Shown here: positions 1 through 12,682 of the stretch, piece by piece
Layout of the letters: every line of letters begins with the position of its first letter
How positions within the stretch are numbered: position 1 is the first letter of the stretch
Origin: Laetmonice hystrix
Lineage: Eukaryota
NCBI GenBank assembly: GCA_965235115.1
Contig: OZ249436.1
Location: 17,610,001-17,674,000, forward strand
Length of the DNA: 64,000 nt
Direction: 5' to 3'
Made by a program: the position numbers and the translations under genes
Notes under the pieces: generated by a model
What the model was told of the DNA's origin: nothing
The model's database searches: none
Seen by the model: only the letters and a program-made list of their open reading frames with translations

Positions 1-800
1 TCGCCTCTAACATATACCATAGGTGGCGTTCATGACGTCCGGTACTATCTACTCTAGATGGCGTTACAATCGCCTCTAACATATACCATAGGTGGCGTTC
101 ATGACGTGCAGGTACTATTTACTCTAGATGGCGTTACAATCGTCTCTAACATATACCATAGGTGGCGTTCATGACGTCCGGTACTATCTACTCTAGATGG
201 GGTTACAATCGTCTCTAACATATACCATAGGTGGCGTTCATGACGTCAGGTAGGCTACTATCTACTCTAGATGGCGTTACAATTGTCTCTAACATATACT
301 ATAGGCGGCGTTCATGACGTCAGGTAATATATCTACTCTAGATGGCGTTACAATAAGCTCTAACATATACCATAGGTGGCGTTCATGACGTCAGGTACTA
401 TCTACTCTAGATGGCGTTACAATCGTCTCTAACATATACCATAGGTGGCGTTCATGACATCAGGTACTATCTACTCTAGATGGCGTTACAATCGTCTCTA
501 ACATATACCATAGGTGGCGTTCATGACCTCCGGTACTATCTACTCTAGATGGCGTTACAATCGTCTCTAACATATACCATAGGTGGCGTTCATGACGTCA
601 GGTACTATACTCTAGATGGCGTTACAGTCGTCTCTAACATATACCATAGGTGGCGTTCATGACGTGCAGGTACTATTTACTCTAGATGGTGTTACAATCG
701 TCTCTAACATATACCATCATAGGTGGCGTTCATGACCTCCGGTACTATCTACTCTAGATGGGGTTACAATCGTCTCTAACATATACCATAGGTGGCGTTC
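1..800. repeat. ~69-70 bp tandem satellite (about 11.5 copies; probably continues left of the window)
   Basis: Unit tcgtctctaacatataccataggtggcgttcatgacgtcaggtactatctactctagatggcgttacaa repeated head-to-tail; the array resumes at 2665-2740 after an insertion. Confidence 0.97.
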
Positions 801-2664
801 CATTCGGGATCCCCTCGGGCATATGACGTCACTTCCTGCTATTCGAATATACCCTCGGGTGGATTAGTGGCCATGTTTGGCAACCGGATAGTAGTAGTAG
901 TTTATTGACCAAACTGGTCCAAAACAATACAAATGCATAGAAACAATAGGGTGATCGCAGTTCTTCGAATACTGACCACAAACTGGTGTTACAATTACAC
1001 AATTCAAGTGGCACCAACCACATTAGAGGCCCTATAGGCCTAAGAGCTTTCAAAATACAATAGGATTTCATGATGGATACACTTAAACTGCTCAACAGTG
1101 TGCGCTTTTACGACAAAATCTGGGTATATGACAGGAGACGAATTATATCTCTGCCTGATATTATTTACAAGAGGGCATACCTGTATAACATGGGGTTCGT
1201 CTTGTACAGCCCCACAAGCACATAGTCTATTTTCTCTTGGGATTCGAGACCACCGCCCCGTTTCTATTTTGAGCCGATGGGAGGACAGTCGCAGAGATGT
1301 AAAAGACATCCTTAAATATTCTGGGATGTACCGTTTATCACAATTCAAATAAACATTATGAACTGCGAGGGAAGGGTTAATGGTTTTATACGTAAGAAAT
1401 TTTGATTTGTCCGATCCCTGTATTCTTTCTTTTAGGTTAATCATCCCTAAAGCACTATAGTCATCAGATCGGGTCACTATATCAATAACATTTCCCATTT
1501 CGGTACGGTTATAACGAGCCAGCTCAATAGCAAACATCAGTGGATCATCAAGCAAACCAACTCTTGATTCAATCATTTTCCTGAAAAACAATCTTTGTCG
1601 CTCTAAGACGAAGAATTTAAGAGGTGGGTACCCTACTTCCGCAAGGCATAAGTCATTCGCGGTCGTAGACCAAACTCCCAAAAGTGCCTTTATTGCTGCG
1701 TGGTATATTTTGTCCATCTCCTTCAGGCCGCCCCCTAACCAACTTTCACACCCATACATAATAGCAGACATAAACGCTGCATCTAGAACTTTCTTCTTCA
1801 CTATAAAGGGCATATCTATATTACGTCTGAAAAAAAAACAGTTAACTTCAGGAGATGTTTCTTAACACTCTTAACGTGCTCCTTTACGGCTGTTCTAATT
1901 TTCCCATCACATGTAAAAATACTCCCTAAGTAAGTATATGTTTTGCAATGTTGAATAGCCAGCGACGCGTCCCCATCTATGACTATTGTTTGCCTATCAG
2001 CAGCACTACCATTTATAGCCATAAATTTAGTTTTACCTTCATTTATTACCATACCTGCTGATTCACAGAACTCTTTCAAAATCACTATTTTCTCTGTTGC
2101 CTTCTTGCGTGTAGTGGCTAGTATTACTGTATCATCCATTAACATGGCCAAATGGAGGTGTGTATATAGCGAGGGACTGAGTGTATAGCGAGGGACTGAG
2201 TGAACCGTCATATCCCATCGAGCCAGGAAGTAGTGCATTATTGACACCTGCTCCTTCGGCGTTGTATGTGTAAATATAAATTTCTGGTACGAAGGGGAAC
2301 GTTCGAAGAAGAAAAATGAATCACCTAAATGGAAGTCAACACGGTAATTTATCAAATTATGGGAAGCAATATGGCCGCGCCCATGAACGACAACTGTGCG
2401 ACACACATGTATCTATGGTAGGACTACTTGTAATAAATTTAAGTTGTATCATGAAGACGATACTATCGTAATATTGCCCACTGACTTCGGGGAAAGCATT
2501 GTAGGCCTATTTTAGTTGCATCCATGCCTGATGCAGACAAAATACTGCAAGCACTGCCATGCTGTCGAGAGTCCCGGCTAAATGTACCCGCGATGCAATG
2601 CTCAAAATTCCGCCTATTTCACCCGAGGCTACTTTCGAAGATATGGCCGAGGGAATCCCGAATG
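801..2664. mobile_element. Non-autonomous DNA transposon (MITE, ~600 bp family) carrying a nested LINE fragment
   Basis: ~25 bp TIRs (cattcgggatcccctcgggcatat / atatggccgagggaatcccgaatg); flanking direct repeat gtggcgttc at 792-800 and 2665-2673; uninterrupted inverted copy at 50364-50967. Confidence 0.9.
891..2146 (-). mobile_element. 5'-truncated non-LTR retrotransposon (LINE, CR1/L2-group-like) ORF2 3' part, frameshifted
   Basis: Translates LMDDTVIL (RT catalytic motif), INEGKTKFM, YTYLGS, YGCESW, and the C-terminal RLSSHRLKIETGRW...CACG...H...C motif. The frameshift lies at the A-run ~1829-1838. The 3' end is aataaa followed by a (cta)n tail ending at 891. Confidence 0.9.
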
Positions 2665-3186
2665 GTGGCGTTCATGATGTCAGGTACTATCTACTCTAGA
2701 TGGCGTTATAATACCATATTAGGTGGCGTTCATGACGTTAATGTTAATTTACATTGTAGTAACTAATGATCCAGTGCTCATTTATTGTCCACTGTTGTGG
2801 ATTGTTTACTTACTATCATTTGTTGAAAATTAAAATATATATATTCCAAGATGAATGGGGGATATTTTGGGAGGTACTAACTCTACCAATGAACTTTTGA
2901 TGCCTGATTTGTGTCTAGTATTGTGTTAACGTCCCTTTGTATATATGTGCCTCGTCTTGTCGTCTGTGTGTCGTATCACGTCTTGTTTGTAGGCCTAGAC
3001 GTTGCTTTGTTTCGTCTTGTCGCCGGTATATGTATCGTATCACGTGTTGTTGTGGGTATTCTATATGTGTAAAATAATAATAATATGGCATGACGCGAGG
3101 CAAAAACAATTTTCAGGTGAAAATTATATTATGCTAAAATGGATTTTTCAAGACTTACAGTATAGGCCTATTAAAATAAAAGTTTC

Positions 3187-4710
3187 ACGTGGTTGCCATT
3201 GATTTTTATTTATTTATTTTAATCACCTTTTGATTTTTTAATTTTTTTTTTTGACTTGATTTAAATCGTGATTTAAATCAATGATTTAAATCAAATAATT
3301 TTAATCAAACAACCCTGCCACTTTCTGGTCTGGGCGGATGCCCTGTTTTTGCTATAGGCCTAGATCTAAAGGAATCTAGTTCAGTGTTTTGCGAACCGGG
3401 CGGTTCGGTTTATATAGCCTTAGCTAGGCCTAGCCGGATGGTACCCCTTGACTTAGGCCTATAACTGAACATTTTTAATTGGCTCGGTTAACCTCAGTGT
3501 GATGTCCGGTTGGCTTTATCTGAATGCCAAAAGAAGCCGCTAACTATAGGCGCCTTCTGTTGAGGTTTGGGTGTGATGGGTGTCGCCGTGGGTTGAATCT
3601 CGGTAGGCATATACTTGACCAAGATAATAGGTCCGTGGTTCGGTTTACCTCAAACGACCTTATACTGATGATGTTCTAAAACTAGGAACATGCGGCGCGT
3701 TTCTCATCTCTCCGGGGCCTATGGTTAGATCTAGATCTATAAATCATGTCGTGCGTTAAAATCCCCATTGAAAATACATTCCAGAGCCAGCTAACGACAA
3801 GATGAGAAACGCACCCATAGCCTGGCCCAAATTAATATGTGTGTGCGTGTGCGTGTGCGTGGGGGGGGCAGCAAGATTGCTGAAAGGACTCGAGTGTGAG
3901 TATGGGGGGGGGGGGGGCAGTAGACCTGCCATGTGATGCCCGGGGTATGGGTTAAAAAAAACACACACAAAAACGGAAATCCCAGGGGGGGCAGCCCCTG
4001 CCCCCTGCAGGCTACGGCCCTGGTTTTTAATAACTTGGGCCGTTTAATAACGTGGTTGCCATTGATTTTTATTTATTTATTTTAATCACCTTTTGATTTT
4101 TTAATTTTTTTTTTGACTTGATTTAAATCGTGATTTAAATCAATGATTTAAATCAAATAATTTTAATCAAACAACCCTGCCACTTTCTGGTCTGGGCGGA
4201 TGCCCTGTTTTTGCTATAGGCCTAGATCTAAAGGAATCTAGTTCAGTGTTTTGCGAACCGGGCGGTTCGGTTTATATAGCCTTAGCTAGGCCTAGCCGGA
4301 TGGTACCCCTTGACTTAGGCCTATAACTGAACATTTTTAATTGGCTCGGTTAACCTCAGTGTGATGTCCGGTTGGCTTTATCTGAATGCCAAAAGAAGCC
4401 GCTAACTATAGGCGCCTTCTGTTGAGGTTTGGGTGTGATGGGTGTCGCCGTGGGTTGAATCTCGGTAGGCATATACTTGACCAAGATAATAGGTCCGTGG
4501 TTCGGTTTACCTCAAACGACCTTATACTGATGATGTTCTAAAACTAGGAACATGCGGCGCGTTTCTCATCTCTCCGGGGCCTATGGTTAGATCTAGATCT
4601 ATAAATCATGTCGTGCGTTAAAATCCCCATTGAAAATACATTCCAGAGCCAGCTAACGACAAGATGAGAATCGCACCCATAGCCTGGCCCAAATTAATAT
4701 GTGTGTGCTT

Positions 4711-4743
<33 letters not shown>

Positions 4744-4967
4744 GGGGGGGGGCAGCAAGATTGCCGAAAGGACTCGAGTGTGAGTATGGGGGGGGGGGGG
4801 GCCGGGGGGGGGGGGGAGTAGACCTGCCATGTGATGCTTGCGCGTCATTGCGCCGGTCGAGTTGGCCCGGGGTGTGGGTTAAAAAACACACACAAAAACG
4901 GAAATCCCAGGGGGGGGGGGGGCAGCCCCTGCCCCCTGCAGGCTACGGCCCTGGTTTTTAATAACTT
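3187..4967. repeat. Tandem duplication of ~860 bp (copies 3187-4036 and 4050-4967)
   Basis: Near-identical direct copies differing mainly in the (gt)n/poly-G tracts and a ~27 bp indel. Each contains a gatttaaatc-repeat terminus ending aaccctg (hAT-like end) and a ...ggctacggccctg end. Confidence 0.93.
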
Positions 4968-5479
4968 TGGTATAATTTCAACAGACAGGTCTAGGCAATG
5001 TACACGCGTTTTCACGCTGGGCGAAGGGCCCGGGAGAACCCAAGGAGGACTCCGGCGGAATCCATGGAGCGCTGCCGACGCTCACTCGCATTTTACTTTT
5101 GCCTCAAGACAGTCAAGTAATAATTGATCACGCAGTTGAAATCTTTACAATAACTAGGCCTACTTACGGCGAATTTAGCGATCCCCCAAAAAGATGAAGT
5201 TTGCTCATCAAGAATTTTAAAGATTGCCATTTTTTCGTAATTTTTCTTCTTCTTTCTTTCTTCTAGCCCTGTGGCCCTCCTGCTGAAGTCGAAATCCGCC
5301 CACCCTTTGGAAATCCTGGGGACGCCTTGAGGGACAGTTAGAAATGAACTTGATAAATTCTGGGGTGATTTCGGTATACCTCCGTTTTTTTCCGTAAGTT
5401 TCAGTAGAGTTCGACATGTCATCTCGTTCGGTAAGTTTTCGAATGTTACGGTATTTAGGCAGACCCGCGAGATGTCAAC

Positions 5480-5667
5480 AAATAAAATGGCGAGAGGCAG
5501 AGGACATAGCGGAGTTGCACGCTCTGATGTTTACGTTTGGCCCACTCGATCGTGACCTGAAATCGACCGTGAAGGGACGGAAATTGATGCTACTTCCCCG
5601 GAAAACCCCGACCGTTTAATGCTGCAAGAGATTCAGCGAAGACTACGCCGAGTGTTGCAAAGTAAGC
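5480..5667 (+). promoter_or_regulatory. Probable non-coding first exon / promoter of the ASB gene
   Basis: CpG-rich stretch with YY1-like aaaatggcg (~5484) and donor gtaagc at 5662; acceptor ttttttggacag at ~6343 just before ATG 6362. Confidence 0.5.
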
Positions 5668-6361
5668 TGGGCAGTTCAGACTCTGTTCAGTTGTTCTGTA
5701 GAACCTGAACGAAGTGTAGACGTAGGGACTTATACTTATTATAGCTGAGGCTGTTTCACAAGCCAAGGGACAAGGTCAGGGGGCGGAGAGCAGATTGACA
5801 GCGAGACCATGGGCATGGAGGCCCGAGATCGGCTATACCCGAGTGGGGCAGTAAGGGCCGTGGGCGGGTCACTCTCCAGTAGGACGAGGAATCTGGGTCA
5901 AGGCGGCCGAGATATGTCAAGTCTCCCAGTGTAGTACACACTAACACAGTAACAGTTCTAACGTTGTGGTTAACTGATTATTGCCATGGACGACTAGTCT
6001 AATACTGGGACAGTGGGAGCAACCTACACTGGCTAGCACAGGCCTGTGAACAGTGTGATAAGTATAGGGGGTATAGGACTAAGTTGATTTTTTACTTTAC
6101 TAGCCTGGCTGGCTAGTTCATAACTTAAATTTCTACCCCTGAAGGGCCTATCTAATTAATCATTACCTATGACTTAATTCTTGAAAGTTGAGACCTAGAC
6201 TAATTTGAGAAGATGCCATCAGAGTTGCTTTCAAGTACATGTATTTAAAAATAATATTTCTGATGCACCCTAGGTTACAAAGTTTTGTGATGCTGCTCTT
6301 AAAATCTTACTTTTAAAGTATTTAAAAAAAATTTTTTGGACAGATTTAGTTGCCAGAAACC

Positions 6362-7600
6362 ATGGCCAGTAGAAGAAGATCCAAACGGATTTTTGGAGAC
6401 TGCACGAACCAGGATGTCATCCAGACGGCTTCGTACAAGTCAGAACTGTGTCGAGCCATCCAGGTTGGAAACGAGGAGTTGACACGGGGTCTCCTTGAAG
6501 ATGGTGCGGATGTGAACGAGCTGAGTTATTACCGTGGTTATGGCGAGCCGCCAATCCTGACGGCCGTCCGCTTTCAGAATTTTTCAATTATTCCTATACT
6601 TTTGGAGTATTCCGTTGATGTTAACCTGCAGAGTGAGCGTGGTCACACTGCTCTTACATGGGCGGCTCAGAAGGACCATATCGCGACCATCAAACTGCTC
6701 CTCAACCATCAGGCTGACCCCAACGTCATAGATACATCCAGACTGTGTGCCCTCTACTGGACTGTTAAACATGGTAACTTAGAGGCCACACAGGAACTGC
6801 TGAAACATGGGGCAAATGTCAACTTGATGGTGCAGCAACAGTCGACTGTCTTACACACAGCGGCCAGCAGTGACCAGGTGGACATAGTGAGGACACTCAT
6901 CGACCACAACGCCTGCGTTAACACACCAGATGACTTTGGAAACTCCTCACTGTTTGCCGCTGTCAGCGTCAATAGTTTTGATGTGACGTCACTCCTACTG
7001 CAACGAGGGGCTGTGGTCAATGTGTTGAACATGGACTCCCGCACCCCACTGCACATAGCAGCAGCTAGTGTCCATCGGAGTGTCGATATAACACAACTTC
7101 TGCTCGATCATGCAGCACTCGTTAATGTTCCTGACCGGTATGGAAACTCCCCACTGGTGCTAAGTTTGAGAAACTTTGTACTCCATGCCAATTTTGCAGT
7201 AGCGAAATGTCTTGTTCAACATGGCAGTGATCTCAACACTCAGCAGTGTTCCTCAGCCCTTGAATGGACCACCATTGCCCATGGTAACTTTGACCTCGTC
7301 AAACTGTCAGTTTTTGCTGGATTTCGTATTTTAAAGGTAGATTGGGTAAAAGAGTTTATTGAGGGAGCTCCAGGCCGTCGGCGCTGGTACACACGTAATG
7401 ACTACAACATTCAACAGGAGCGTATTTTTGTGGAATTTCTCAAACACCACAAAAAGAACCCATTCTCCCTGGCCGACTCCTGTCGCGTTACAATCCGGGA
7501 CTGGCTGCTGGCCATAAGTCGGGGGGCAAGCATCTATTACATCATCCAACGACTACCCCTGCCACAACCACTTATTATGTATCTCCTGCTGGAGGACTGA
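6362..7600 (+). CDS. Ankyrin repeat and SOCS box protein (ASB family), single coding exon, 412 aa
   Basis: About 8 ankyrin repeats (GHTALTWAA, RTPLHIAA, GNSPL) and a C-terminal SOCS box PFSLADSCRVTIR...IQRLPLPQPLIMYLL; Kozak-like accATGg. Confidence 0.93.
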   Translation: MASRRRSKRIFGDCTNQDVIQTASYKSELCRAIQVGNEELTRGLLEDGADVNELSYYRGYGEPPILTAVRFQNFSIIPILLEYSVDVNLQSERGHTALTWAAQKDHIATIKLLLNHQADPNVIDTSRLCALYWTVKHGNLEATQELLKHGANVNLMVQQQSTVLHTAASSDQVDIVRTLIDHNACVNTPDDFGNSSLFAAVSVNSFDVTSLLLQRGAVVNVLNMDSRTPLHIAAASVHRSVDITQLLLDHAALVNVPDRYGNSPLVLSLRNFVLHANFAVAKCLVQHGSDLNTQQCSSALEWTTIAHGNFDLVKLSVFAGFRILKVDWVKEFIEGAPGRRRWYTRNDYNIQQERIFVEFLKHHKKNPFSLADSCRVTIRDWLLAISRGASIYYIIQRLPLPQPLIMYLLLED

Positions 7601-8331
7601 GCTGGAGGAGACAGCTGGAGTAGAGAGCTGGAGGACTGAGCCAGAGGAGAGAGCCAAAGGAGACAGCTGGAGGAGAGAGAGCTGGAGTACTGAGCCGGAG
7701 GAGCATGCTACCACCAGGATATCATTGCCATCTTCTTGCTGTAGTATGTAACCCGTAACATCACAAGTTCCACCCAGTTCACTATGAAGCCTAACCCTCA
7801 GGTGGAATCTTCTCAGTTTAGTGTGACATTACGAAACCTTCACATAGATCTATATGGAGAAACTTACTGAAAAAAAAATCAAATTGTTATTCCATTCATC
7901 AGCTTTACATTACAAACCATTGTACCATGAATGTGAAAAGTGATGTATGAGGTTGAACAATCAAAGATATCATCACAAACATTGTCTTGTGTACCAGCGT
8001 GAACGTAAGAAAACATCAAGTCTCTCTACTTGCCTGTGATAGTGATAATTTTCATGAGGTGGAGAGAACTTTACTGTATTCAAGAGCTATATTGTGTGCC
8101 ACTCGGAAGATGCGGGGGTCAATGTTGACATTGCCTTGAGGTTATTCTGCCCAAGAAAGTATCAAGAGGATATATTGCTTTCAGGAATATAATGTTCATT
8201 TATTTAGTAACTTTTACTTTGATGAAGACATCAAGTCAGACTAAAGCTGCACTGGTCATTTGACTGTTTATAAATTTGTAGAATAGGTGCACAATATGTC
8301 GGTAAAATGCAGTTTTTATTTGCGCTGTTAA

Positions 8332-8615
8332 CCCTTTCCAGTCACATACAGGATAAAAAAAAACATTATTCTTGCCGAGTCCCGAATGACATACGGGATG
8401 AATATTTTTTTTTGAATGGTCAAAAGTCAACGGTCAAATGGTCAGCAGTCAAACACCTACCAAAATAATGTTTTAAAAAATCTAACATGTTTCTAATCAT
8501 ATCCAACTTGCTTAAATAAAATCTATGGATTTTTTTTGCCTGTGAATTTTTTCGAGTAATTTTGGCTAGAAATTCCCCAGCCCCCTGGCAGGGTACAAGG
8601 GCAGACTGGAAAGGG
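8332..8615. mobile_element. piggyBac-like MITE
   Basis: TIRs ccctttccagtc / gactggaaaggg; left flank ttaa, right flank ttac (degenerate TTAA). Confidence 0.7.
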
Positions 8616-9651
8616 TTACTTAATATATAATTCGTTTTGAAGGTCCAGAAAACTAGATAGGCTTTTATTATAATTATATTTAGTTTTAAGCTGTGAAGTT
8701 TCCTGTGTGATGTTTCCAGATTAGGCAAGTGTTCTGGAATAGGCAGCATCCACTATGATCACCTAGATATTTTAATGATTTCAGTAAAAATCGAATCAGA
8801 ATATGATTTAACCCAGTCATAGTCAGTGTTTATAGTAGTGAAACGTCACGTTTTTGTCTTGTGGCAGAGAATGTTCCAGCATATCAGTAGTAGGCCTTGT
8901 ACACTGTCTTATGGATGTGATACATATCTTCACTGTCACACCAACATAATCTTTTATTCTGAGCATGCATTTTATCCTATATACATTTTTTTTATATATA
9001 TGCTGAATATATTTATCAGGTCTGTTGCCTTCCAGTTTGCTAACATACTCAAGTTTATAAATGAAGAACAAAAATATAGTTACAAGTGCAATAGAAGTAC
9101 ATGTACTTAGAAGTGGTGGTAGATAGCGTACCGTGAATAAAAGCTGAAATATTATTTCTGACCTATTATTTTAAGCTTTTCTTCAGAAAGACAACAGCTT
9201 CCATGCCAGTGTATTTATGCGCACTGCAGAGTAACAGGAAGAAGTTATTGCCAGTTTGTACGTACATACATGTATACCACGAGGTACAAAGGTCTTGTAC
9301 ACTCATACCAAATTAATATACCTGCATCTGTCTGATGCTCAAGTGTAAAAATGCTCAAACAAATAAATGTCAAGATAGGTAAATTATCGCCAATTGCACT
9401 TCCTCACAGTAACATTTTCTTTAAACTTACTTTTAAAGTAAGGCACCTTTAACAGTCTACCTTTCAGACATAAACATATCACATTGATCTAATTACCGGT
9501 ACACATTGCTGTAAATAAATTGTGACCTAAATTAACAGTACGAGGGTAGGTTAGCATCTCCTGACCTGACAATGACATTGAGATTGAGGCTGTGAGAGAC
9601 CAGACCTCATGCATCTCCTGACCTCCCGACAGTCACATTCTAGATTGACGC

Positions 9652-12600
9652 TCAAGGATGCGGTTTTACCATGTACACCTGTCGCAGGGTGACGATCAAC
9701 TTGACGACAGGTGCCAGTAAGGCTGTGAGGACAGGTAAGCTGTAATACTGGAGGTAGTAGGACACATCCCGTACAGCCACCATGCCCAGGATGGTTAGCG
9801 TGCCATGGGTTTGGGGTGGCAGGCACCTTGTCTGCCAGTATGATACCACGTCACGGTATGTCGTCAGGTCAAAGTTCAGATAAACCAGATCGGACTGCAA
9901 GGGAAAAAAATCACAGGGGTCAGGTTCGGGCAACTGGAACTACAGAGACCGATACAAGGACAAGAAATACATGTTCGTCTAGCATCAAAATGTTATTAGT
10001 TCCAACACCAAAACACAAGCACAATAATCACTTGGTAGTTTTCAGTTCCCAACTCAAGATGTATATTATAATTATTAGGCCTACCTACCAGTTCGGCACT
10101 CAACATGTGCACATTAGTCTCCACAGCCAACTCCAAGGTTTGTGCGAGGACAAGTAGACGCATCATGAGAACGGTCCACGTTGCCATAACGATTAGTAAA
10201 CATATCCTGATCAGCAAAAATAAATATGTAAAGTCACAATAAAGCATTCATTGCCTCAATTTATATCATAATAAATATATTCACTCTTACCAAGTTTTTA
10301 GGTCCTTCAATTTTAGGTAAAAAAAAAAGGTTTCGTTCCGACACAATGCTACACTGCTCACCACAATTATGAATGTGTTCGATTTTTCAGGAAAAAAGGC
10401 GACGTGCTGGGTTTTAGGCGACATGCACGGGGATGAGAAACGAAACTTTTTTTTTGCCTTAGTAGGTTTTTTTAAACTGAAATCAGCTTTGACACATTTA
10501 GAAGAATACGGAAAGAACTTTTAATTAACACACGACATACATACCATACTTTGATTCTGCGTGGTGTGAGATTGTTGGTAGCAAGCACATTGTCTGCGAT
10601 GTAGTAGAGTAGGATCGCTATTCCCGTTATATATATGACGATGTACAATTGATAGCTGGCAGACGTCTTGGAAAAAGATACTGTTAATTTACTTGTCATT
10701 TCTCCCTGTAAAAATAAAGTATTATATTCAGGTTTATCTACAGAGGTACTTCACTCAAAACTGGCAGGCTGAAAAAGCTCTAACACAGAGTAATAACTGG
10801 TATGTTTATGCATAACACTCGTAACAATTATGTTATAAATTTATACACATGTCTGACCATTATTATAATTGTGAATATTGCCACTTTATAACTGACCATC
10901 AAAGCTAGGAATGAAGTGTGCCAGTGAAGAACGGATTCATTGAATTGTTCCTGGTTATGAACCTTGTCCAAAGTGTGATCTGCGGCAAATCGTTGGTGTC
11001 CACGCAGGTAATAATGTAGGCTGTGTACCAATGAGCCTGGAAATATTCTAGGCTAATTTTATTATCTTAAAAAATGGTCTCCATTCCTATATTGAGTCAG
11101 ATGAAGGTCTTTGAGTTTCTGTTATAGCTCTAAATTTTTATCAGTGGAACAACATGTAATAAGTTATAACATACAGAATTGTTAGACTAGTAGAATTGAT
11201 GGGAACAGGTCAAGTTTTAGATTTGTCATTGGCCCTATTGGTTGTACAAATACATGTATAACATGGCCTTAAAGTCCAACAGACATCAACATTTACATGA
11301 AATTTAGTGCCAGATCCTGATAATACATGTAATTTGTTGTTGTTTAACTTAAAGGAGCGGTTATTGTACAAGAATATGAACTGTGTGTAAGCCGTTTTAA
11401 AGACCAATTCCCCTAGTGACGTCATTAGGGGCAATGGTAAAGAATACGCAGGAGTGAGACTGTGATGAGGCGCGAGATTCGAATTTTCAATATTTTTCTA
11501 AATTGAGAGGCCTTCTCAGAAAACCTATCAGGGATACGGCTACAACTCAAAGTGATCTATCTAGATCAGTAAAGTTACCTATGTGATGTCAGTTGCACTT
11601 TAACACTCAGCGAAATGGGGGTTAGAGGGCAGGGGTTAGTGTAGGGATAGGGCCAAATTTTGGGAGTGTTGGAGTCAGAGTTTAGTTAGGTTTGGAGAAC
11701 ATTGATACATTTGGAGTTCTGACCCCCAAGTTTCGAGGAGATTTTACCTTGGGGTCTGATGGGATTGTCTAACCTATTCTAGTGTCCTCTACAAGCTCAC
11801 CGTGCAGTGATTGGTGTAAGATAATCACAGTCCCAAATAGTCCTGTTGCCAAGGCAGCAAGCATCACAAAATCATTGGTTGTCAGTCTCATATTCTCCAT
11901 GCCAGGCCATATACTGACCCCTCCACCGACTGTCAACTTCCCTGCACGACTCCTGGCTTCTTCGTGTTTCCGTAGTAACATTTTCTGTTTATCCCTTAGC
12001 TTAGGACCTATCCAGTGAAGAAAATGAATTTGTGCTTTTTCTTTATCTACGGCCCACACTTTGAACACATTTTTGGTAATCTCTTTTATCATTCTCTCTC
12101 TATATAGATGTAAAATAATTCAGTAATTTTTATGTTTCACAGGAAAAAACAATATAAATTCACTCTGAGTCAGACATTACTATAGGGATTGAAATTATCA
12201 GAAGCAATGGAGCAATTTGCTTCCCTAAAACCAGGAATTGCATGAGTATTACATTGTAAAACCTATTTTCAACAGCAATTATCTGCATATTTGCTTCCAT
12301 GGGAAACCTCTTAATTTCGATCCCCGTACTGTTCACTATTCCAGTAGCACATCTACTCACCAGGTGTTGTCCTCAGAGTAGCCAGACCTGGACTGGTTTC
12401 ATCACTATCCTTCAGCATGGAAACTTTTTTATCTGCTTTCTCTGAGAGTTGTTGCTCCAGACGTTGTCTCAAGTTGAACACGAGACTGTTCTGAATCGGA
12501 GTCAAAGGCATATTTGCTGATGGTACAAGCTGGGAGAGATTATTATCTGTGATTGGTCGGCTTCGCCTAGAATGATGAGGACTGTAGCCATTTGACGTCG

Positions 12601-12682
12601 GGCTGGTTACTGCTGATGTTGCACTGTTGACAAGTCTGAGTGATCGTCGTCGTGTGGCAACAACTGGGGATTGCATCTCCAT
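9652..12682 (-). CDS. Uncharacterised multi-pass membrane protein (~426-447 aa, 6-7 coding exons)
   Basis: Exons 12682-12361, (optional 12224-12164), ~12097-11801, 11036-10897, 10705-10545, 10206-10089, 9894-9652. The last four GT-AG junctions are phase-consistent. Ser/Arg/Pro-rich N-terminus followed by about 4 hydrophobic segments. Probable non-coding exon with donor at ~13328. Confidence 0.8.

Noticed and set aside
1..800. CRISPR-like regular repeats (also 20595-21630, 34067-34729, 60998-61643)
   Set aside because: Units are contiguous with no unique spacers, there are no cas genes, and the context is eukaryotic; these are satellites.
1816..2406. 196 aa ORF as a gene
   Set aside because: Chimeric: the N-terminal part is non-coding MITE sequence (the same text appears in ORF 50619-50939) fused by chance to the truncated LINE RT.
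4618..5127. Pro/His/Gly-rich ORFs
   Set aside because: Derived from (gt)n and poly-G tracts within the duplicated repeat.
6350..6361. TTG start given by the ORF track for the ASB gene
   Set aside because: Eukaryotic gene; ATG at 6362 has good Kozak context.
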